NCBI GenBank assembly: GCA_964016885.1
Contig: OZ024744.1
Span: 93,186,001 to 93,250,000, forward strand
Length of the DNA stretch: 64,000 bases
Origin: Eledone cirrhosa
Lineage: Eukaryota
Direction: 5' to 3'
Under the pieces are notes generated by a model. It ran no database searches, was not told where the DNA came from, and was given only the letters and a program-made list of their open reading frames with translations. Position numbers and translations under genes: made by a program. Position 1 is the first letter of the stretch, and the number at the start of each line of letters is the position of its first letter. Shown in pieces: positions 47,400 through 60,653 of this stretch.

Positions 47400-49340
47400 G
47401 TTTGTTTCATCCTGTGCACCTTTGAAGGCAGACACCAGAGATCCTCTGTTGATCCTTTGAGAGATTTAATTCTGCAAAGTCAATTTTTATCATTTCTTCC
47501 CATGCTTTCTTTTTCATAACTTCCATCAATCTTGGCACCTTGCACCTTTTTATACAGATGTCTTCCTCCATATCACTGCAATCACATGTCCATATCACCG
47601 CAATCTCCTTTCTTGCACACTGCATGTGACTCCTCTTATGTCCAGTTTGTCTCTCAGTTCATTGTCACTTTGTTGTTCATGTATAAATTACTATTACACA
47701 TCAATTGGAGCATACAAGACATATTGCCCAGGTCTCACTTCCATGAAACATTGCTGTTCATACATAAAGATCATACAATCTGCCTTTCATTTTGAGGGGA
47801 AAAAAATCTGTTGTAGTTAAGCAACAGTAGTAGCCTCCTGAACCTTTTCCACTCTGGCTACTTTACTTTCAAAACACTCACCTCCATTGCTAATTTACTC
47901 ACCCATGTAACAAGTTATCACTTACTGCAGAGCCCTCTGAGCATTTAATGGAGTTTGTTTCTTGTGCTCCTGTGCATCAACCATATATAAAACCTATGTT
48001 CTTTGCTGGCCTGTCTGAGATCCTACTACATCTGTTGTGTACTGTGTGTACCTATAGTTTGCATTTGGGGCTAGGAGAGAATTTCTACTCACTCCTTAGC
48101 AAGGCCATTTCGCTGAAGGGATCTAGAGCCTGTTTTCCTTTCTACTTACTAGGACATTAGGATTTGCCAAGTTGACTTTAAGACCTTCTGATTTTAAGCT
48201 ATGCTTCCAGATCAAGAATTTCTTCTTTAATTCTGCCATAGATTCAGCTATAAGGGTTCGGTCATTGGCATATAGGAGTTCCCGTGAGCAGTCAGTCCTA
48301 CACTCTTCTGTTTATTATCATCATCCAAGCTATAACAGGAGACCCCAACTTGCACACTAAATTCATCATTATAATCATTGTTAGTCTTGCTGACTGCTTC
48401 TAAGAGCCCACCAGATTATGGAGCAGAGGATTCTGTCAAATGCTTTCTTCAGGTCAACAAATGCCAAACAGAGGAGCTTACTTTTAGCTAAGCACTTCTG
48501 AAGTTGCCTCAGTGGTACTTTTACCTGACATAAACCCAAACTACATTTGATCTAGGTTAACTGTCCCTACTCAGATGTACAATAACTCTTTTGTAATTTA
48601 CATGCCTTGGTCTATCAGCTTGATGCTTCTATAGTTTCCTCTGTCTAATGCATCTCCTTTGCTCTTGTAGCAATTGATGATGATGCTGCTATGCCAGTCA
48701 TTGGGTATGACACCATTGTGTATTACTTGGTTTAAGATACAGATGGTTAAGATGTGACCCACCATCCCAGATGCTTTCAGCATCTCAGCAACTATCCTCA
48801 ATGGGCTAGCTGATTTGCCTGTCTTTATATCCTTAATTACTGTACTTACTATGTTGCTGCTGACTTGTACAGCGGGTCCCTCTTTTGGGTCCACTTGAGG
48901 CAGACAACTTTCCTCCCATACATTCTCCTCATTCAGCTGTCTCACATATAATGGCACTTTCATGCTACTTTCTTTTCAGCATTGGTGAGGACAAGTGCAC
49001 ATTTCTTTTCGACATCAGTTTTCCATGACAAATTGCCTTGCTATCTGAATACCTCATGTCACAAAACATTCATAAATTTTTCTATTTTTGGCTTCCCTCC
49101 TTGCAAAGTATACTTGTCGCCTACCTTCTCTCCTAGCTTCCTAGTAATGTTCTCTATTTCCCCCTTTGAACTAAACAGCCACACCCACCCTACTATTCCA
49201 CCACCAAGTCACTTCCCTTCTCTCTAGAGTTCTGCTCCAGTCACAGATCTCATCTGTAACCTTCAGCAGATTGTCTCTCAGAAAACTCCACAGTTCCTTT
49301 AATTTGTAAGTTTGTATTTCTTCTTCCTTGCTATCAAAAG
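47400..49340 (-). mobile_element. Degenerate RTE LINE
   Basis: ORF 48598-48963 LNEENVWE..AEMLKASG..INCYKSKGDALDRGNYRSIKL. Further RT remnants include ELLYAND and FVDLKKAFD. Confidence 0.88.
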
Positions 49341-49969
49341 CGTCAAGCAAGATACCTCTAAATTTGTTACCGGCTGAGAGATCCCTCTGTCTCCATATCC
49401 TTCTCTTCCAGATTGTTCTGTCTCAGAGTTTCTCTGGCCCTATGTATGTGTATAAGTAAGTATGTATCTAGTTTAGAACAGGTACATCATCTCTCTTGGC
49501 TTGCTCTCTGTCTCCAGGTTTGTCTGGTCCTATATATGTATAAGTAAATATGTCTCCAGTTTAGAATAGGTACATCATATCTTTGCATGCCTTAAGAAGC
49601 AACTAAAAGGGTTGGAATCAGGTTGTAAAACATCTCAAAAAAATCCTATCTTGTAAAGGCTGTTAACATCATAAAAATGATTTTATAGGTATATATAGTG
49701 TATATACATATAAATATCAATATTTATAGTTTTGTGTGATGAAATTTCCAATTTGTATTTTTTTGAAAAAGTACCCGAATTTTATTTTATTTTATATTAT
49801 ATTAGTTTATTATTTTATATTATATTAGTTCATTATTTTTTAATTCTAAAATTTACCAAGTGTCATTCTCTTTATAATCTTTGCCTTGCGGTTACAAAAA
49901 CTCCATGTTTCATTGCTAAATCAACCACTCAAATATTTTTTCAAGAAAATTGTCTCGCTTAACCTATAC

Positions 49970-50665
49970 CAGTCATGCACTGGGGGTCAATTTAATCACA
50001 CACACACCCCACTCCCCAAAAAGATTTGCTAGCCTTGTGCTTAAAGCAGAAACCATTATTATTATTAGTGGATTGATAGAATCTGTGGAGCGTCGGACAA
50101 CATGCTTTGTGACATTGAGTTACGGCCCTTTATGTTCTGAGTTCAAATCCTGCTGAGGTTATCTTTGCCTTTCAACCTTACAGGGTCGATAAAATAAAGT
50201 ACCAGTAATGTACTGGGGTCAATTTAATCGACTTTCCTCTCCCTCCACATTGTTGACCTTGTGCCTTTAAATCAGAAACTATTATTATTATTGGCGCGGT
50301 GGATTGGTAGAGGGTCGGACGCCATGCTTTGCAGCACAGTTAAGTCCCTTTACGATCTGAGTTCAAATCCCGCCGAGGTTGACTTTGCCTTTCATCCTTA
50401 CGGGGTTGATAAAATAAAGTACCAGTAATGCACTGGGTAATTGCTGGTCTTGTGCCTAAAGTAGAGACAATTATTATTATTGTTATTGTTAGTGGATTGG
50501 CAGTATCAGTAGAGCGTCGGACACCATGCTTTGCAGCATAGTTACGTCCCTTTACGTTCTGAGGTTAATTTTTCCTTTCATCCTTACGGGATCGATAAAA
50601 TAAAGAACCAGTAATGTACTGAGGTCTATTTCATCGACTTTCCCCTCCATTATTATTGTTATTAT
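49970..50665 (+). mobile_element. Tandem array of ~4 SINE family A copies
   Basis: Each copy begins right after the (ATT)n tail of the previous one. Confidence 0.9.
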
Positions 50666-51279
50666 TATTTGCATAATTTACTTTATTTCAATAATTTATA
50701 TTCCCTCTTTTTTTTTTTTTTTTTTTAATCTCTAACTGATGTTTTCACTTATATAATGTATAAATTTATTAACTGCACAAAACAAAATAACTTTTATGCA
50801 AACAAACATATTTTATCTTTTATCTATTATCTAGTTTGAAATATTATTAGTTTATATTTAAATAATAATAAATAATAATGAAATGATCGTGTACAGTGCT
50901 CAGGTGCACTGCAACTCATCAAAGGTGCATGTATAGTACATAGAATAATGTAAATATGACTAAGTGTGTGTTTCCATGCTAGTGTGGAAAATGGACGTTA
51001 AACGAAGATGATGATGATGATGATGATGATGGTTTCATATAAATAAAAAAATTATAAGAAATATTAAGGTGGAAATGCACAGAAGTTACCATCATCGTCG
51101 TCATCTGTTTTCCAGATGTATTTAAAAATTGTGTGGGTGCTCGCACTTGTGGGTAACCAGCTTTGCTCCAATAGCAGTGAGCGGTTTATAGAAATTTAGG
51201 CTGATTTTAAAAAAAACAGAATTTTTTAAACACATCTCTGTGCATTTCTGCATTATTTGCTTCTTTATACACATATGTA

Positions 51280-51307
51280 TATGTTTATATATGTGTGTGT
51301 GTGTGTG

Positions 51308-51370
<63 letters not shown>

Positions 51371-51549
51371 TATGTATGTAGGTATGCATGTTTATATATG
51401 TATATATATACATATATAAACATTTGTCAAGCTATTTAAACGTATGTTATTACTCTATTACTTATCGAGTTCTTTGCTAACTCATCACTTCATATAAGTA
51501 GGCCGAATTTACTTGCAAACCGCCGGAGATTCGATTTTATTAAATTTCC

Positions 51550-51596
<47 letters not shown>

Positions 51597-51720
51597 TATA
51601 TATGTATGTGATTGTAAGTATGCATGTTTATATATACATACACATACATATGTTTATATACATACATACACACAACACACGTATATGTATATATATATAT
51701 ATATATACACATACATATAA
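51280..51720. repeat. (TA)n/(CA)n/(TG)n microsatellite cluster
   Basis: Read directly. Confidence 0.85.
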
Positions 51721-52161
51721 AAACCAAAAATGTGCCTTTAACTTATAAAATTGATAATTTTGTATGAAGAATCTTTGCTGTTTATGATGTTGTTTTTTTA
51801 ACACTGTAATAAGGGTTTTAGGGGGGGGGGGCTGCCTTCATATAATACACACACTCAAACAAACACACAAATCTTTTTCTATTACCATTAGTAAGTAGCA
51901 TAGTTCATTCATTCATTTGTAACAAGGAATTTTTCTGTTGCTTCTGTAGTTATCATCTTATACTAGTGTGCGTGCATATATAGTCTAGAAACTTAATCAA
52001 CCTTATATAAAAATAATAATAATAATAATTTCTTAACATCTTTGCTATAAAATATTAGTGCCTTCGTTTCACAAAATGGTAAATTGTCTCGGCATATACT
52101 CGAAACATAACATTGAGAATATTTAGTTGGGTGTTTTAGTTAGTCTTTTATTCAGAAACTT

Positions 52162-52565
52162 TTAACCCTTTAGCATAAGCATGTCAAACATGCGGCCTGT
52201 GGGCCACATGCGGTTTTTTACAAGCACACCTGTAGCCCACACAAGGGTTTTTACTGCGTGAGCATAATATAAAATAAATACTAGTTACGTGTGGCCCTCA
52301 AACAACACATATGTCACCCATGTGGCCCTCGAGGGACCCTTAGTTTGACATGCCTGCTTTAGCATTTAAACCAGCCATATCTGGTCAGAATTCTCTCCCC
52401 CTCTTTCTTTTCAAACCAGCCATAACCGGCTGCTTATACCAACGTTAAGGTATTGTTCTCAAAATAAATATCATAAAAATCTTGTAGACTCAATATTATG
52501 TGAGATAAACTATACTCTATATTTTCTATTAGATTTTTGCAGTAATGTAAATGGTAAAGGGTTAA
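52162..52565. mobile_element. piggyBac-type MITE interrupted by a hAT MITE
   Basis: TTAA-CCCTTTAGCA[insert]TTTAAACC ... TAAATGGTAAAGGG-TTAA. Confidence 0.85.
52176..52356. mobile_element. hAT-type MITE
   Basis: TIRs TAAGCATGTCAAAC / GTTTGACATGCCTG and a perfect 8-bp TSD CTTTAGCA (52168-52175, 52357-52364). Confidence 0.9.
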
Positions 52566-52849
52566 ATCAGTGAAAAAAAATGTTTTCTCCTTTTAATTTT
52601 ACATCTGGTTGGTTGGTTATTCATGCTGTTTGCTTTCTGAAAAGTTATACCCTTTAATCTGTACAGTTTTGACCATTTTGGTACTAAAACCTGTTCTGGT
52701 TGGTTCTATGAAACAAAACCAACCATTTTAAAAGGGTTCCTATTTAAATTAAAAATCTTCCATCAATTTTATGTAAGATGCATTAATCATGAATACTATC
52801 TTACTAATGAAATGATAATTTAGTAAATCCCTCCAAATACTTCATTAAA

Positions 52850-53120
52850 TATGGTGGAACCTCAGTTCATGAACTTAATTTGTTCCTCAAGGTCAGCCAT
52901 CACCCGAAATGTTCGTAAACTGAAACTATTTTGCCCATAGGAAATATTGAGAGAGAGAGCGAGAGAGACTGTGGGTGAAAGACATAGATATCATCATAGT
53001 AACTAACTACACAGCAGTTGACATTTCCCGCAAATACTCCCAGCTTGTTGCCAGTTTACGCGTTTGTTACTCAAGACATCATTCATGATGAGGCATTCAA
53101 GGAACCAAGGTTCTACTGTA
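52850..53120. mobile_element. Tigger/pogo-like MITE
   Basis: Imperfect TIRs GTGGAACCTCAGTTC ... GAACCAAGGTTCTACTGTA. Confidence 0.6.
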
Positions 53121-53496
53121 ATTAACTAAAATACAGAATATTTCATCTGAAAATACAGCTATAAGAGAAAAGGTCATTGAATCCATTTAAGGAGATTCTC
53201 TTGCATAATATCAATGGTTCATCTTTTTACCTCTAAAGTTAAACTTGTTTTATTTTAGGATGTTGGAATTCAACGTTAAGTTAAACTGCTCAATTTTTAC
53301 TTTACTTTACTGTGATGTGGAATATTTCACTGTACTAACAATGAATATCAATTTATAACAATCATGAAAACTTGGCCAATTTTCAAAATATTCATCATAA
53401 AATTTAGTTGTTTTTTTTTTGTTTTGTTTTTTAACTTTAACATGCTCCTCTTATCAGATTCTAAATGTGTTTAAACATTCTGAAACATCCAAAAAA

Positions 53497-53529
<33 letters not shown>

Positions 53530-53586
53530 AAAAAAAAAGAGTTAGTCATTTGGGAGAGTGTTAGTTACTAATTGATGAAATATATA

Positions 53587-53791
53587 CAGGGTGAGCATAA
53601 AATCTTTGAAACCACAAAAACGCTGAGATTTTTGTTACTGAAAGTTACAACTATTTCCTGTAGAAGGGAAAATATAAAACATGTTCAGAAAAACTTGAAA
53701 TTTATAAATTAAAACAATGAAAAAGTAAAATCTGAAATAGTATCCGAGATGTGGTATTTTATAATCAGGGCAATACCTTATGCTTACCCTG
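53587..53791. mobile_element. Tc1/mariner MITE
   Basis: TA-CAGGGTGAGCATAA ... TTATGCTTACCCTG-TA. Confidence 0.82.
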
Positions 53792-55116
53792 TATATCAAG
53801 GTTGGGCTGTGTATACCATTCATTCGACTGTAATTAAGAATTCAATTTTAAACTAAAGAAAAAAGTTTTTGATCTTTTTTTTTTTTTTTTTTTTTTTTTT
53901 TTCCCTCACTAATTTTTCTGCAAACATTTGTAACATGAGGCTCATTGAGGAATTTTCATGACATGACTTCTTTTTTTTTTTTTTTTTTTTTTATAAGTGC
54001 TTTTCCTCTGAAGTAAGTTTGAACCTTTCTCAAGAGGAGTATTGGTTCTGGTTTTTAACTCAGCCTTGAAGGCTCAGGCAATTCAGATATCTATAGTTTC
54101 TCTGTTATTTTCCTGTATATGCCAAATTGCTATCAAGCTGATTATTTTTGTAATATTTTTTCTAAATTAAATTTTATAAGCAGTTAAAAATATTTCAATT
54201 TCTGTATCTTATATGCAATAACATGTATTTATATAAACATTTCCATAATAAATTTTATACAAATATAATTGCTGTGTATTTGGTCATTATTTTTTTACTA
54301 ATTCAATATTCTTGATTTTTTTTTTTTTCTTTTTTGTCCACTTATTCTTCTTCCAGTGGGTCCTCTCAGAAGCAACCATCTCCATCTGATCAGACTGGAT
54401 CCCCAAGCAAGACCAGCCAAGCTCATGGATATTATCCAACTATCTTGCTTGATGTCTATTTTGCTGGTTGATTTTTGCCTGTAAAATCTGTCCAGTGATT
54501 CTTTCCTAAGATTTTGTAACCACATGCCCATAGTATCGGAGCTGTGATCTCTCAATTTGGAGAAGTAGCAGCTCTACCTAGAGTTAAGCACTTGAAGTAG
54601 TGCTTCTAACTGGAGCAATTCTCATATACCACATTGAAGATAATGAGTTTGGCTTTTACACCCTTCTTTATCCTGCTGAATTGTACTGTTTCTATAGCCT
54701 TTCAGTATTAAATGTGTAAATGTTAAATAAAATTTAAATTACTACTGCTTCCATCCTTCTAGATTATAAGAATATAGCCAGAAGTGTAAACATTTGGTTG
54801 GCTTTAGAAACATTGAAAACATTTGAAATGTAGCAGTTTCAATGTAAATGGCTATCGATCATCTCTTTAGCATAATGGTTAACACACTCACCTGGCACCA
54901 AGAGAATGGGGGCGTGATTCACTATTTTCCATTTCGCCTGATTTTATCAACTATTATTATTTATATTGGTCGACCTTTGTTATGTTAATTTGTTAGAAGT
55001 GCCATGATTTATAGGAGTGAGACATGGTGATGAACATGGAGAAACAGAAGTTTGGAAAGAACAGAAATGAGAATAGTTTGGTGGATGAGTGAAGTATTGG
55101 TGAAACTCGATTCCTA

Positions 55117-56240
55117 CTCACACTTTACTGACAGCACCTCTGTACATAGCTTGCACTGTCCTCACAAGCCATTCCTCTACACCTAGTTTCCTTAGGGACC
55201 ACCAGATGACAGATTGGGGTACCCTATCAAAGGCCTTCTCTAGGTCTACAAAAGCTAAGTATAGTGGTTTATTCTTCTCTAAGAACCTCTCTTGTAGTTG
55301 TCTCACTAAGAAGAGGGCATCTGTTGTTCTTTTCCCAGGCACAAAACCAAACTGCATCTCATCTAATTTGACTATTTTTCTAATTAGTTGCGCTAGCATT
55401 CTTTCTGTCACTTTCATAACCTGATCCATCAGTTTTATTACCCTATAATTGCTCCTCTCCAGAGCATCCCCATTACCTTTGTAGCAATTTATAAAAATAC
55501 TGCTGCACCAGTCTTTGGGTATGACACCACCATATATAGCCTGATTGATGATGCGCGCAACCAGTTTAGTTCCTACTTCTGATGCCTTCAGCAACTATCC
55601 CTGATAGTCCGGTGGCCTTACCACTTTTCATTTCCTTAATCGCCTCTTTGACCCTATAGTCGTCAATCTCAATAGCTAGTCCCTCTGTTGGGTCTACTGG
55701 GGGTAATCTCTGTCCCATTCATTCTCAACATTCATCAGTCTCTCATAATGACATTTCCAGGCCTCCTTTTTCTGAGCATTAGTGACACTAAGTATACCCA
55801 TATCATTCCAGACACATTTATCTCCAACAACATCCTCATTTACACTGACACACTGCCTTGTAATACGGAACACCGCATATCTGTGATCTTCTCATCACAG
55901 AACATTGGCAAACCTCCTACTCTCAGCTTCCCTGTGTGCTAAATACATCTGATGTCTAGCCTCTCTTTTAGTGGCTGTTTATCGGTCTCTTCTCCCACCA
56001 TATTTCCAAGCCTTCCATGCTAGTCTTTAATGGCTCTATCTACCATGCTGTTCCACCACCAGGCCAACCTCTGTCTGGCTGGAGCTCTTCAGTAGCCTGC
56101 AGTCAGTTATGTAAGAACTCTCCAGTTATCATTTATGTCATACAAATTCTAACTGGTCTTCTTTTTCATCATGCACATCTTGAAGGGCTTTCCTAAATTT
56201 ATATTTTAGTGAAAGGTCTTTTAGCTTCGAGACCTTCCTA
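55117..56240 (-). mobile_element. RTE LINE internal fragment (RT N-terminal half)
   Basis: ORF 55118-55594 INCYKGNGDALERSNYR..QFGFVPGKRTTDA..FVDLEKAFDRVP. Confidence 0.92.
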
Positions 56241-56245
56241 TATAT

Positions 56246-56560
56246 GAAGGCACATGGCTTAGTGGTTAGAGCATTAGTCTTGCAATCGGGAGGTTATGAG
56301 TTTTATTCTCTGACCAGATAATTCATTGTGTCCTTAAACAAGTCACTATACTTTGCGTTGCTCCAGTTTACTCAGCTTTAGAAATGAGTTGCGATATCAC
56401 TGGTGCCAAGCTGTATCAGCCATTACTTGTCCCATAAATAACATTAGTGGCATGAAGAGGAGAGAGTGGTATCCACAGGCAACTGCTCGGACTTGTACCT
56501 TAGAGAGGAACTTTCTAGGTGCAAATCCCATGGTCATTTGTGTGACTGAAGGCAGTCTTT
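56246..56560 (+). mobile_element. SINE family B copy
   Basis: GAAGGCACATGGCTTAGTGGTTAGAGCA..TGTGTCCTTAAACAAGTCACT. Confidence 0.78.
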
Positions 56561-57179
56561 ACTCTTTATATACATATACAAATATATATGTAGTGAAAGA
56601 AATGTTTTCCTTGGTGGTCATGACCACCAAAGGATTGATCTACGACCTCACAGAAATCACTATAGATAGATTTTTCTAAAGCCATCTGTTTTCTGTAAAG
56701 CAACTAACGGTCATTATAAATATGCTGTCATTTAGCACATTGTCTTGCATGTCACCTGTTTTAACATAGCTTGATACATATGGTTTACTACTACTAGTGA
56801 AGTTTTTGCAAGATTTACTCTCAGACCTTTTGTTCTAATTTCTATTTCCACAGTAGGAATTTCTTCTGTATTTTTTCCACTAATTCAGCTCTAAGAACCA
56901 GGTCATCAGCATACATAAGATCCCATGAACAACCAGTTTTAAACTTCTCTTTTATGACCTGGAGAACTCAAAAAAATTAGAAAACGCAGCAATCCCCTTC
57001 AATTTTACACATCAAAGTCAGCTTGCTGCAAGTAATTGGAAAAGTTCAACATACAGATATTAAATAAAAAAATTTTTAATCATCCTAAACCTAAAAAGCC
57101 CAGCTGAAGGCGCAAATAAATTGCTACGGCTGTCGCTGGTCTGGCCCAGGGGCAATTTCCCCCCATTAAATCCAGCTCT

Positions 57180-58332
57180 GTGTATACATGTGTATCTAGA
57201 AACTGCATGAAGCTGTCATATATAAACATGTATACATGTGTATCTAGAAACTGCATGAAGCTGTCATATATAAACATGTATACATGTATATCTAGAAACT
57301 GCATGAGTCGGTCATATATAAACATGTATACACATACATATATATATATATATATATAGAAACTGCATGAGGCTGTCATATATAAACATGTATACATATA
57401 TATCATCATCATCATCGTTTAATGTCCGTGTTCCACGCTTGCATGGGTTTGGACGGGGGTTTACCCACTTGAGGCAAGAGTGATTATCTTGCTCGCATAG
57501 GACTATCTGGCGGGTTTTCTACAGCTGGATGCCCTTCCTAACACCAACCACATTTACAGTGTGGGGCTGGGAGGTTTTTACCGTGTTGCCTACACGGGCA
57601 CATTACAGCGTGAACTGTGTTTTTTGACGTGACACCTACACGATCTCATTTGTTTCGGCCTGGATGTTGTGGCACCAACATAACTTTACATTGAAAGGGG
57701 CGGTGTGGATGGGGTGGTGGGACGGGGGTGTATTTTGTTAGAGATGCCTACTGACTAGTAGGTTTTACTTTGTATTTAGGTAAGGCGGGTCTTCTCTATT
57801 ACTGAGTACCGCCAAAGGTCTCGGTCCAGTGACATTGTCTTGGAGAGGTGTAAGTGTGTGAGGTCGGAATTTATCAGCTCGTCCCAGGTTTTTCTGGGTC
57901 TGCCTACTCCATGGCTACCGTCTATCTTTATTGCCCTGCACTTTGTTAGAAACTGCATGAGCCTGTCATAAATAAACATGTATACATGTGTATCTAGAAA
58001 CTGTATGAGCCTGTCATATATAAACATGTATACATATATATATATATAGAAACTGCATGAGCCTGTCATAAATAAACATGTATACATGTGTATCTAGAAA
58101 CTGTATGAGCCTGTCATATATAAACATGTATACATGTGTATCTGGAAACTTTATGAACCTATCATATAGACATGTATACATATATATCTCTAGAAACTGT
58201 ATGAGCCTGTCATATATAAACATGTATACATGTGTATCTAGAAACTGCATGAGGCTGTCATATAAACATGTATACATGTGTATCTAGAGACTGTATGAGG
58301 CTGTCATATATAAACATGTATACATGTGTATC
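57180..58332. repeat. 48-bp minisatellite split by an RTE insertion
   Basis: Unit TGTATACATGTGTATCTAGAAACTGCATGAAGCTGTCATATATAAACA. Copies start at 57181 and 57229. Confidence 0.93.
57403..57945 (-). mobile_element. RTE 3' end, same family as 1910-4056
   Basis: KCRAIKIDGSHGVGRPRKTWDELINSDLTHLHLSKTMSLDRDLWRY plus a colinear 3' UTR and (GAT)n tail. Confidence 0.94.
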
Positions 58333-58450
58333 CATCTATGTCTGTGTTTATGTCCTGTAACTTGAGTTTGACAAGTATCACTGAGATTGAACATCGAGTC
58401 ACCCAATTGCAAAGCAATCTTAACAACACAACCATGTCAGATAACGATGT

Positions 58451-58641
58451 TTAATCTTTTAGCATTTAAACTGGTCGTATCTGGCCAGAATTCTATCACC
58501 TCTTTCTGTTCAAACCAGCCACTCATACTGATTCTAAGGTATTGTTCTCAAAATCTCATAGATTCAATATTATGTGAGATAAAGCCTTTACCGTGAAAAT
58601 ATAATAGTAAATATGGAGCAAGGTAAATGCTAAAGGGTTAA
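58451..58641. mobile_element. piggyBac-type MITE
   Basis: TTAA-TCTTTTAGCATTTAAAC ... TAAATGCTAAAGGG-TTAA. Confidence 0.8.
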
Positions 58642-59214
58642 TTATGGAATATATTAATATATTTCAAATAAAAGACACTGCCTATGGTTTTCAAATAATA
58701 AAAAATTTAGTAATATAACTTTCTCATTAAGATGGTGTTTGAAACGTAACTTAACAAAGGTTCTTAAAATTATGGTGGAAGAGTTTTATATAAATATAGG
58801 CATTTTAATTCTGGTTAACATATTTCTAATGAATGACTCTGCCTATGGTTTTCAAATAATTAAAAATTTTGTAATATAACTTTCTCAGTATCAAGATGAT
58901 GTTTGGAATATAACAAAGGTTCTTACATTTTAAATCTTTGGTTAAAATATTTCTAATGAAAGACTGCCTTTGGTTTTCAAAAAATTTTGAAAATACTCAA
59001 GAATTTGGAGGGATTTAGAACTATTGACTTTTTTCATGAAGCTGGTGTTCAGAGCATTATTTCACAAAGTTCCTTATATTAAAACCTTCCATCATAATTT
59101 TATGTTAGTATGAACATTTTAAAACAGTTTTTCTTATCCTTTTCCTCTTTCTAGCCATTTTTTGTGTCAAAAATTTGGAACTTCTGGAACTCACACAGTC
59201 TTATCCTTAACTCC

Positions 59215-60522
59215 AGCTGCTGTGATCAACTTATCAAGTTTCTTGAAGACATCACCCGGATCACTGATGGTGGCTCATGGGTGGATGTTGTTTACCTTGA
59301 CTTTTGCTAAAGCTTTCAATTCTGTGCCACACAAAAGACTTATGGCAAAACTCTCTGCAATGGGTGTGAAGGATGATCTTTTTAACTGGTTGAAGTCCTT
59401 CATTCTCAGAGAGGTAGTCATGGTTCTAGGACAGCATTCCTCACCATATGAGATGTCATCTGGTGTACGACAGGGATCTGTTCTTGGCCCCCTTTTGTTT
59501 GTGGTATATATTAATGATATAGATGCCAACTTAAAGAATGCCACAGTACTGAAATATGCAGATGACATCAAGCTGTACCTTGAGATAAAAAGGACAGATC
59601 CTGAACACTATAGATCTTTCCTGCAATCAGACCTGGACACAATGCAGCAATGGATCATGGACTGGCAACTCAAGTTGGCTGTGGGCAAGTGTACCGCCAT
59701 GCATTTTGGGAGAAAAACCCAGCGTCCACATACTCCCTCCACAACACTGATATCAAGAAGTCCTCTTGTGAACGTGACCTGAGCATTACTGTCAGCAGTG
59801 ATTTGCGTTGGACGAAGCACGTCTCTAAAATTGTCAAGAAGGCCGAGGATGTTTTAGCATCACTCAGCAAGACCTTTGTCAGCCGCTCTCCAGCTATCTA
59901 TTTAAAGCTGTATATAGCTATGGTGCGGCCACACTTAGAATTTACATCACCAGTCTGGAACCCCTATCTTGCTCAGAACATTAACTGCCTGGAAAATGTT
60001 CAGAGACATGTAACCAAGCAAATACCCTCCATCAGGCATCTACCATACTCTGAACACCTTACTTCCCTGGGCATGGATACATTGAAGCTCCGACATCTGG
60101 CAACTGACTGGTAAACACCCACAAAATTATTAACCATCTTGCCAACAACAACCCTGAGTACCTTTTTGATTTCCATGTGTCTAACACACGTGGGCATGCC
60201 AACAAAGTCAGAAAACAGCACAGCTCCCATTACTTTCGGAAACATTTTTTCATGCTCAGGGTTACTGAAGCATGGAACAAACTCCCTGCATCAGTTGTTA
60301 GCTGTCGAGACACTGCATCCTTTAAAACCTCCATGCTTCCTGAGATTCGCCAACACTACACCTAATATTCCCCCTCCATACATACGCACACATGTATATC
60401 ATGTCTCATACACTATTCACTTCCCTGATATTTGTATATTATTTTATGTACTATACATGCACCTTTGGTGAGTTGTAGTGCACCTGAGCACTGTATACAA
60501 TAATTTCATTATTATTATTATT
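59215..60522 (+). mobile_element. 5'-truncated CR1-clade LINE
   Basis: VDVVYLDF/AKAFNSVPH, SGVRQGSVLGPLLF, YADD, MVRPHLEFTSPVWNP, RKHFF. Several frameshifts. 3' end TGCACCTGAGCACTGTATACAATAATTTC(ATT)n. Confidence 0.94.
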
Positions 60523-60653
60523 AAGAATATCAGGCCCACATAAGCTCAAACAGAAATTCCATGTAACAGGAAATACATTTTGCAAAAGACTACATTGCTC
60601 CTGGTGTGTATCTAACAGTTTATCACGTTGAACTTACAATTTTATTTAAATAA

